Positions 9,958-17,118 of a DNA stretch of 64,000 nt are shown here, in pieces. The number at the start of each line of letters is the position of its first letter. Positions within the stretch are counted from its first letter, which is position 1. The translations under genes were made by a program, and so were the position numbers. Below the pieces are notes generated by a model. That model saw nothing but the letters and a program-made list of their open reading frames with translations. It did not search any database and was not told the origin of the DNA. The DNA is from Longimicrobiales bacterium (GTDB lineage: Bacteria > Gemmatimonadota > Gemmatimonadetes > Longimicrobiales > Gaopeijiaceae): contig OZ242008.1 in the NCBI GenBank assembly GCA_965204735.1, forward strand, positions 2,912,001 through 2,976,000, written 5' to 3'.

Positions 9958-11604
9958 CTACCTTGCCGCTACGTCCAACTCCTCGGCAAGCCGGTCCAGC
10001 TTCTCCCGCACCTCCGGATGCACTTCGTCCGGCTTCATCTCTTCTGCGATGTCCACGCAGTCCTTGTCGTTCCAGGCCACTCCCACGTCGACCATGAGCT
10101 TGGAAATGACCTCCTTGCCCTTGCTGTTGTCCAGCAGGCTGTCTGCCAAGGGATCGTCCCGCAGCAGCACGGGTGGCCACTGCTCTCGCATGTGCTTGGC
10201 CGCGCGTGTCCTCAAGTCGTCGGCTCCCTGCTTGTCCATTAGCCGCAGTATGGCCTTCGGGTGGAGCAGGTAGTTTTCGATCTCGTACCGGCGCCAGTAC
10301 ATCCTGGTTGGCGTCCGGGGCTTCTTTCTTCGGCGGTATTCGTCGTTGGTCGCGACGTTGCGATGATTCCTGTCACGCAACTCAATCGCCCGGCAAGAAG
10401 GCACCATTGTTCTGAGTGCGTTATAGTGCCTTGACGCGAAGGCCTTCCCTTCATCGGAAGTGGATCGGTAAAATGGTCTTTCGAGAAACGACAACATCGG
10501 GTGATCCAACGTCTTCGCCCAAGCCCTCAAGATCGGGACGTCCGTCTTGCCCTCGACGTACAGTATGCGTTGGACCGCCACCGCCGTATGAACGTCGCTG
10601 TTCGTCAGCAGGCGCAATGCGTGCTGGAGCCAAGAACCGTGCTCCACTCGTACCAGGCCGGTACTCGTCACCGACCGCAGACGATTCAGCTCTGCGGCGT
10701 CTACGAGAACATCGGAGTGAGTGGAGACGATGAGCTGGCTTTCCCGTGATCTCCGAAGTCGACCATAGACTTCATTCTGCAACAGCCTGTGCAGATGCAT
10801 GTCCGGCTCGTCGATCAAGACCACTACAGGTTCACCGTACAGCAAGCTCGAATGCAGCAGCAGGACTTGGAGAAACCCGCTGCCTGCGCAAGCGATCTCA
10901 AGCCAGTTGTCACTGTCCGAATGTCGATAGAACACGCTGAGCGGCTCGCCTCTGCTGGGCAGCCGGAGCTCATAGCCGAAGAGAGCATGAGTCTCGTTCG
11001 TCAATTTGTTCCACCTGGCTCTTGATTCCGACAAGCGCAACAACAAGTTTCTCAATACGCTGGCGCCACGGCCTCGCGACAACCTAGCCCGCAGCACACC
11101 CTCTTCAAAGACCGATTCGGTTTCCTCGATGCGCAACGCAGACGGAATGTATGCGACGGCAGACGGATTAAGGTTGCAGGTTCGCAGCTCTCGGCCCCGC
11201 ACGCTATCGGCCGGGCGAACGACTATCGCTCCACTGGTCTTGAAATGCAGTTCGAGCGCGATACTCCATTCCCCTGCATGCATGTCCAGGACAATCGGCT
11301 CACGCACGTTCTTGTCATGCCACAGATGGGCGAAGTCCGTAACGGCCACCGACTGGATGGTCTCAAGTGTGGTCGCGACATAGCTGTCCGCCGACGTACG
11401 CACTTCGGAGCTGCTGCTGCGTAGCCACGCGGACGCGGCGGCGTCTTGGCTCCAATGGCCCCACGCTTCGGCCCACAGCGCGATCGCCTGCAACACGGTC
11501 GTCTTGCCGCAGTTGTTCGAGCCCACGATCACGAGCTGGTCGTCAAGCTCGAACGTCGCGTCCCGAAACCGCTTGAAGTTCCGAACTTCCAGCTTGCGGA
11601 TCAT
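9958..11604 (-). CDS. ABC-type ATPase + TOPRIM-like domain (OLD-like) protein, paralogue 1
   Basis: GSNNCGKTT Walker A, LIDEPDMHLH Walker B, VSTHS H-loop, YVEGKTD, RYEIENY. Confidence 0.85.
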   Translation of the reverse strand: MIRKLEVRNFKRFRDATFELDDQLVIVGSNNCGKTTVLQAIALWAEAWGHWSQDAAASAWLRSSSSEVRTSADSYVATTLETIQSVAVTDFAHLWHDKNVREPIVLDMHAGEWSIALELHFKTSGAIVVRPADSVRGRELRTCNLNPSAVAYIPSALRIEETESVFEEGVLRARLSRGRGASVLRNLLLRLSESRARWNKLTNETHALFGYELRLPSRGEPLSVFYRHSDSDNWLEIACAGSGFLQVLLLHSSLLYGEPVVVLIDEPDMHLHRLLQNEVYGRLRRSRESQLIVSTHSDVLVDAAELNRLRSVTSTGLVRVEHGSWLQHALRLLTNSDVHTAVAVQRILYVEGKTDVPILRAWAKTLDHPMLSFLERPFYRSTSDEGKAFASRHYNALRTMVPSCRAIELRDRNHRNVATNDEYRRRKKPRTPTRMYWRRYEIENYLLHPKAILRLMDKQGADDLRTRAAKHMREQWPPVLLRDDPLADSLLDNSKGKEVISKLMVDVGVAWNDKDCVDIAEEMKPDEVHPEVREKLDRLAEELDVAAR

Positions 11605-11629
11605 GGCCGGTCCTCGCTGTCCGCGCGGT

Positions 11630-13024
11630 TCATCGGACGATGTTGTTCTGCACGAGGACGCTGCCGTCCCCGGCGCCCACGTACTTGGCGAAGAGCGGGT
11701 GCGGGTCGCCGGAATCGACGGTCGCCTCGTAGTCGCCGTGGACCAGCCGCAGCCGCTGAGTCGCGAAGTTGCGGTTTGGATCGAGGCGGTACGAGTGCAC
11801 GCGCGCCATGAAGTCGTTGAACGCCAGGCACGCCGCCTGCATGTTGACGGAGATCACCGCCGGCTGGTCTTCCGCTACTTCTTGAAGGTAGCCGGCGATC
11901 CGCTGTCTGCCGTAATGGTCCGGGTCGTGTCGCCGCCAGTTCTCCGCAGTGACTTGCTCCATGGTGTAGGCTCCGCGGGACAGCAGGCTGCTTCCCTCGG
12001 GATGAACGTAGTGCGCGACCGCGTCCGCGTCGGCTACGCCGCCGGCGCCGTCGGCGTCCAAGTTGACCCCGACGTCGAAGTACGGTATGCAGTATGCGCT
12101 CGCCAGGCAATCGAGGTGGTACCGACCGGACGCGGTATCGACGCAGCCGAAGAGAACGTCGCAGTCGATCAGCGCCTCCACCGCTTCCCGCGAGTCCGTC
12201 GAGCAACGGTGCGCGTCCACCGACGTGCCGAGGCCCATCCGTTCGACAGCCCGCCGCAGCGCGTCCACCTTGGGCCGTCCCGCCAGCGCGTCCGCCATCG
12301 AGCCATTGACGATGCGGTTCAGGTTCTTCGGCTCCATCGCGTCGTCGTCCACCATCACAACCGCGCCGACGCAGTTGCGCACCAACAGCTCGATCATGAC
12401 GCTCCCGGTCCCGGAGCAGCCGACCACGCCGACCCGGAGCGACCGGACCAGGTCCAGCGTCCCCCGTCCGAACGCCTGGGCGACCCGCGCTTCGTGCTCC
12501 GCGACGCCCGTCTTCGCCGTGCGGCCCCGCTTCCAAATGCGGATGTCCTCGCCGACGCTGGACACGCCGCTCGCCTCGACGAAGCCGCCGTCGGGTCCCA
12601 GCGTGCGTGCTCTGATCGCCAAGTCCGGCGTCATGATCGCGGAGCCGCTGATCCTGTCGTCGTCGAACCACGACGAGATCGAGTCCAACAGCTCCCGGTC
12701 CGTCTGGTCGTCCAGCTCCGAGAAGCGCGGATTGCCTGTGGGATGCGAGTGAATCGTGACGATCGACTGGCCGTTTCGGTCGATGGACGTTATGCGGTCG
12801 GGGTCGAGGTGGTCGGCGAACGGCCAGGACACGAAGTCCTTCTTCCTTTCCGAGCGTCGATGGGAGAGCAGGAGAACGTCCGAGACGACGAGGCGCTGGC
12901 GCCGCCTTCCGGTCCCCTGGTTGCACACAAGCACGGCGGCAGCCTCGAGGCCGTCGCCGGGGAAGAGGTGGTCGGACAAGCGCCGGTGCTGGCCGGCGGT
13001 CATGGCGAGCAGCGCGCTCCTCAC
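11630..13024 (-). CDS. JAB/JAMM peptidase - ThiF/E1 fusion (Bub CD-like)
   Basis: GTG overlapping the E2 stop; E...HSHP-x6-SxxD JAMM motif; VGVVGCSGTGS, D...KNLNR, GCVD E1 motifs. Confidence 0.88.
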   Translation of the reverse strand: MRSALLAMTAGQHRRLSDHLFPGDGLEAAAVLVCNQGTGRRRQRLVVSDVLLLSHRRSERKKDFVSWPFADHLDPDRITSIDRNGQSIVTIHSHPTGNPRFSELDDQTDRELLDSISSWFDDDRISGSAIMTPDLAIRARTLGPDGGFVEASGVSSVGEDIRIWKRGRTAKTGVAEHEARVAQAFGRGTLDLVRSLRVGVVGCSGTGSVMIELLVRNCVGAVVMVDDDAMEPKNLNRIVNGSMADALAGRPKVDALRRAVERMGLGTSVDAHRCSTDSREAVEALIDCDVLFGCVDTASGRYHLDCLASAYCIPYFDVGVNLDADGAGGVADADAVAHYVHPEGSSLLSRGAYTMEQVTAENWRRHDPDHYGRQRIAGYLQEVAEDQPAVISVNMQAACLAFNDFMARVHSYRLDPNRNFATQRLRLVHGDYEATVDSGDPHPLFAKYVGAGDGSVLVQNNIVR

Positions 13025-13443
13025 CGGCTCGTTTCTTTCTTGAGTTCGTTCCTGACGTACTGGACGTGCTTGGCAACGCTGTCCTCTCCGGGGTTCCAGT
13101 CGTAGTGCCGGGACCACCGTTGCCAGCTGGTCTCGAAGTGCGCTTCGTCCGCCAGAGCGCCGATCTCCCGGCCGTCGGACCGAGCCAGCGGCGGATCGAA
13201 GTAGAACATGTCCAGCCCCGCCCCGGGATAGCCGGTGGGGATCAGCACCATCAGCGTGCTCCGCTCCCGATCGTAGCCCGGCGGGATCGGGAAGTTCTCG
13301 ACGAAGAGGCCCCACTTGCAGTTGTCGGGCCCCTCCGCCCTGCGCTTCCAGGACGAGCCGTGCTCGGCGGCGAAGGCGTTCAGGTACTCCTCGTCGTCCG
13401 GCGGCAGTGCATAGGGGGGCGACGAGCGGTCCGGCTCGTCCAT
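13021..13443 (-). CDS. Prokaryotic E2 (family E)-like protein (Bub B-like)
   Basis: PIPPGY, IPTGYP...DMFYFDPPL, WQRWSRH; TGATG overlap with the upstream gene. Confidence 0.85.
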   Translation of the reverse strand: MDEPDRSSPPYALPPDDEEYLNAFAAEHGSSWKRRAEGPDNCKWGLFVENFPIPPGYDRERSTLMVLIPTGYPGAGLDMFYFDPPLARSDGREIGALADEAHFETSWQRWSRHYDWNPGEDSVAKHVQYVRNELKKETSR

Positions 13444-14201
13444 CAACCTTGTTGCGCTTGCCTGCGGACGGTCTCGAAGCGTTCGACGCCGGGTTTGGCA
13501 AGATCAACCTCTTCGTGGGCCTCGATCCTGATCCGGCGTCCTCCGCGAAGCTTCTGGTTGAGGGCCCAGTCGATGGGTCGCTTCGCCACCAGCGCCAGAA
13601 CCTCCGCCCCGGAGACCACGCGCTTCTCGACCACGAACCTGTCGCGGTCCACGCGGATGCGGTAGCGGTGCCCCCGCCCCCTGGGAGGTCGCCGCCCGCG
13701 CTTCGCGCACTCCTCGATGTCCACGAAGGTCTCGTCGGGCGCGTCTTCGGGGTGCGGCACGACGAAGTACGAGTCCGAGGTCTGGACGACAATCGTGGCG
13801 CCGCCGGGGATCTCGACGTCCACGCCTTCGTCCGGGCTCTCGCCGAGCACCGCGAAGAGCCGACCGCCAGGGACTTCGTCGTCGCGTCCGACCAAGTCCC
13901 CGGCGACGCCCTTGCCGCCCTCCACGCGAACATCTCGGGCGCCGTTGAACTCAGGCGTCACCGCGCTCGGCGGACTCGAAGCCGCGTCTTCATCCGCGTC
14001 CGCCGAAGCAAAGTGCTCCCCGCCGCAGAGAAGAACGAGATCGGAGGCAGAGACGGGCGTGCCTGGCCCTTCGTCGCGGACCAGAACGAGAGCGTCGTCG
14101 TCGCCGGCGCCGGCGAGCGCCCGCAGCCGGCTGCCGGACACGAGCCCCGTTTCGACCTCATGACCACGGCCGTCGATGAAGACGGTGACGATCCTACTCA
14201 T
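13443..14201 (-). CDS. Multi-ubiquitin-domain protein (about 3 beta-grasp repeats) ending in Gly (Bub A-like)
   Basis: Repeated (I/V)xIDG/VD...SGxxLxALA...L..G.E.F units; C-terminus ...AQQG-stop; GGAGGA RBS. Confidence 0.85.
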   Translation of the reverse strand: MSRIVTVFIDGRGHEVETGLVSGSRLRALAGAGDDDALVLVRDEGPGTPVSASDLVLLCGGEHFASADADEDAASSPPSAVTPEFNGARDVRVEGGKGVAGDLVGRDDEVPGGRLFAVLGESPDEGVDVEIPGGATIVVQTSDSYFVVPHPEDAPDETFVDIEECAKRGRRPPRGRGHRYRIRVDRDRFVVEKRVVSGAEVLALVAKRPIDWALNQKLRGGRRIRIEAHEEVDLAKPGVERFETVRRQAQQG

Positions 14202-14262
14202 CCGACTCTTCCTCCACTCGCTTCGGGCCGGTCGGCGCCGACGCCGGTCGCCGGCGGTTCAT

Positions 14263-14295
14263 GGCAATGTCGCACGGGGAGCCGGAATGCGTCAA
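14263..14295 (-). promoter_or_regulatory. Putative sigma70-type promoter TTGACG-N18-GACATT for the Ubl operon
   Basis: Minus strand TTGACG(14295-14290)...TGC-GACATT-GCC; same architecture as 16111-16143. Confidence 0.55.
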
Positions 14296-14375
14296 CGGCA
14301 GCGGGCAGCTGGGGCGACCGCAGGCAAACCCGCGCAGAGCCCGAGGCATCGGCCGTCAAGTCAATCGCACGCTCG

Positions 14376-16025
14376 TCAACCAGGTCGACTCCCAAGCGTG
14401 TTCGCCACCGCGTCCAGGACGCGACGCACCTCTGGATGAACTTCCGCTTCCTTCATCACTCCAGCGACTCGGTAGTACTCTTCTTCTTCGCAGTATACCT
14501 GCGCCTTGCCAAGTATGTCCGCCAAGATCGTCTTGCCTTTCGTGCCTGTCAGCGCGCGTATGTGCTCGAACGGCTTCTTGTACAGCGATCTGTAGTACTC
14601 CTTCATGTACTCGTCGGCCTTGGCCGCACCTGTTCCGGTCTCGTCTTGCTGGCGGACAAAGCGAAGCAGCGCCCGAGGATGAATCAGATAACTCTCGATC
14701 TCGTAGCGAGTCCAAAGCACCGACGTCAATCCCTTTACCGATCGTCGCTGGTTGGCGGACGCATGGTCCTTGCCGTTGCGATCCTCCAGCACAATGCCTC
14801 GAACATCCGGCACGCTCAGCCGCAGTCCGCGAAAATGGTTCGAAGCAAAACGAGATCGATTCGGCTCGCGGGCAGTGGCTCTCCGCAACGGTCCTTCCAG
14901 GAACCTCAACGCGGGGTGGTCCAATGCCCGAGCCCATTCTCTAAGGATCCTTATGTCCGTTTCGCCCTCCACATATAGGATTCCCAATCCACTCTGCGCG
15001 AGCAGTACTTCTCTCACTTTGACCATCCTCAGCGCGTCTCGTAGCGCATCCTTGGCAACCCGACGATCGACGTCCTCGAGCTTGCCGCCGGTCAGAACCT
15101 TCAGGTCGCGACGGGCCACTTCCATCAGCAGGTCCGAATGAGTTACCACGACAAGCTGTTGACCGTTCGATTGTGCGATCGTCTTCAAGCGATCGTACAT
15201 GCTTTCCTGCAAGGCAAGATACAAATGCGAGTCCGGCTCGTCCACCATCACTACCGTACTGTCCTTCGTGTAGTAGAGACTTGCGTAGATGAACAACACC
15301 TGCAGGAAGCCACGGGCGCCGCAAGCCAGGTCAAGCGCGGAGTTGTTGTTCGACTGCCTGTATCCGGCCATGATCTCGGCCACGCCGCTGGGGTGGGTCA
15401 GTTCGTACCCGAAGAGATCCCTGATTGCGGCCTGCACGGATTCCCATCTCTCGCCGTCGGTACTGATCTCCAACAGCATGTTCCTCAAGACGCTGCCGCC
15501 GCGGCCGTGCAACATGTCCTGCACAAGACGCACAAGCACTGTCTCCGGGGCCACCCGGGCCTCCGGCGTCGTCAATCCCGAGAACGGAGGAATATACACA
15601 GCCTTCGCAGGCTCTTCTCCGCACTTGGTCAAGTGGCTCTCCGATACGCTACTTGTCGGGCGAGCCCGCAGCCTCTCCTGTTCCACGTAGATAAGCTCGA
15701 AGCCGACCTCCCAACGTCTTGTCGCCAGCGACAGAACTATTGGCGACTGCGTGTCCTGATTCCGCCACATCAACCGAAAGTCCTTGTACGGCAGCGACTC
15801 CAGCCGACCAATCTCGACGTCCACGTAGTCGCCTTCCTGCGTCCTGGTGTGCACCCGCGACCCGTCGCTCATCCAACGATCGCGAACCTCGTTCCACACG
15901 GCGACGGCTTGCAGCAGCGTCGTCTTGCCGCAGTTGTTCGGTCCCACGACCACCACATGCCTGTCGAACTCGAAGTTCGCGACCTTGAACTTCTTGAAGT
16001 TCTGGACTTCCAGCTTGCGGATCAT
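14376..16025 (-). CDS. ABC-type ATPase + TOPRIM-like domain (OLD-like) protein, paralogue 2
   Basis: ATG 16025 after AGGAGG; GPNNCGKTT, MVDEPDSHL, VTHS, YVEGETD, RYEIESY; colinear with 9958..11604. Confidence 0.85.
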   Translation of the reverse strand: MIRKLEVQNFKKFKVANFEFDRHVVVVGPNNCGKTTLLQAVAVWNEVRDRWMSDGSRVHTRTQEGDYVDVEIGRLESLPYKDFRLMWRNQDTQSPIVLSLATRRWEVGFELIYVEQERLRARPTSSVSESHLTKCGEEPAKAVYIPPFSGLTTPEARVAPETVLVRLVQDMLHGRGGSVLRNMLLEISTDGERWESVQAAIRDLFGYELTHPSGVAEIMAGYRQSNNNSALDLACGARGFLQVLFIYASLYYTKDSTVVMVDEPDSHLYLALQESMYDRLKTIAQSNGQQLVVVTHSDLLMEVARRDLKVLTGGKLEDVDRRVAKDALRDALRMVKVREVLLAQSGLGILYVEGETDIRILREWARALDHPALRFLEGPLRRATAREPNRSRFASNHFRGLRLSVPDVRGIVLEDRNGKDHASANQRRSVKGLTSVLWTRYEIESYLIHPRALLRFVRQQDETGTGAAKADEYMKEYYRSLYKKPFEHIRALTGTKGKTILADILGKAQVYCEEEEYYRVAGVMKEAEVHPEVRRVLDAVANTLGSRPG

Positions 16026-16110
16026 GGCCGCGCCTCCTTGCCCGGCGGGTTCCTGTTGGGGGACGAACTCCATTTGCACGGGCCGGTCGCGAGGCCGGCC
16101 AGCGGGTTGC

Positions 16111-16143
16111 GGCAATGTCGCACCGCCGGTCGGCGGGCGTCAA
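16111..16143 (-). promoter_or_regulatory. Putative promoter TTGACG-N18-GACATT for ATPase paralogue 2
   Basis: Minus strand TTGACG(16143-16138)...TGC-GACATT-GCC. Confidence 0.55.
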
Positions 16144-16193
16144 TTGGCGGAGGTCGGTCGGAGTCGGCCTGTCGGGTTCCTCGGGAAGGCCGT

Positions 16194-17102
16194 TCAGCGG
16201 CGCCGGAACCCTCGCGACTCCCGCAGACGCTCCGCTCGACGCCACAGCTCGGGGCGTCCCATCGCCGCGGCCAGCTCCTGGAACTCGGGCAACGCCCCTC
16301 GCCACTCCAGCTCGTCCACATCTTGGAAGAGCGGCGAGCCGTCCTTGCCGGCCGCGTCGTCCCGGAGCGTCGCCAGATCGCGGAAGAGGTGGGCCGCTTC
16401 GCGCCCGTTCCGCAGCGCGCTCGCAAGCCGCTCGGCGCCTCGAACCCTTACGTCCCATGCGCCGGCGTCGGCCGGGATGCGCTCCAGGCTGGCGTAGCGG
16501 TGCAGCACCGTCGCCGCCGACTTGGCGCCCCATCCGGGCAGACCGGGGAAGCCGTCGGCACTGTCGCCCACGAGCGCCAGGTAGTCGGGGATGCTCGCCG
16601 GAGCCACGCCAAAGCGCGCCAAGACCGCGTCCTCGTTCCGCACTTCTTGCCGGCGCCGGTCCCACTGAACGATGCGGTCGGCCGAGACGCACTGGGCCAA
16701 GTCCTTGTCGGGCGTGCAGAGGTAGACGGTCTCGACGCGAGTGTCGCGGACGGCCAGCGCCGCCCCCGTCGCCAGCCCGTCGTCGGCCTCCAGCTCTGTC
16801 ATGGGCCACACGGTCGCGCCCAGTGCCCGGAGCCCTTCTTCCAGCGGGTGGAACTGGGCGAGCAGGGCGGGATCAATGCCGTCCCCGGTCTTGTAGCCGG
16901 GCCAAAGCTCGTTGCGGAAGGACTCGATGACGTGGTCAGTGGCCACCGCCAGATGGGTGGCGGCCCGCTCCAGCAGCGTCAGGACCGAGCCCACCACGCT
17001 GCGAACGGCGCCCACCGGCCGACCGGCCGAGTCCATCGCCTTCGGCGCACCGAAGTGATGGCGGAAGAGCTCGTAGGTGCCGTCGATCAGGTGAACGTTC
17101 AA
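16194..17102 (-). CDS. Stand-alone 5'-3' exonuclease / flap endonuclease
   Basis: HLIDGTYELFR, EADD, TPDKDLAQ, LVGDSADGFPGLPGWGAKSA (H3TH); TTG start inferred. Confidence 0.9.
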   Translation of the reverse strand: MNVHLIDGTYELFRHHFGAPKAMDSAGRPVGAVRSVVGSVLTLLERAATHLAVATDHVIESFRNELWPGYKTGDGIDPALLAQFHPLEEGLRALGATVWPMTELEADDGLATGAALAVRDTRVETVYLCTPDKDLAQCVSADRIVQWDRRRQEVRNEDAVLARFGVAPASIPDYLALVGDSADGFPGLPGWGAKSAATVLHRYASLERIPADAGAWDVRVRGAERLASALRNGREAAHLFRDLATLRDDAAGKDGSPLFQDVDELEWRGALPEFQELAAAMGRPELWRRAERLRESRGFRRR

Positions 17103-17118
17103 CGGAGCGCCTTCGGGG

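Noticed and set aside
11630..14201. CBASS, or MoeB/ThiF sulfur-carrier biosynthesis operon
   Set aside because: No CD-NTase; the E2, multi-domain Ubl and missing Zn-Cys pairs do not fit cofactor biosynthesis
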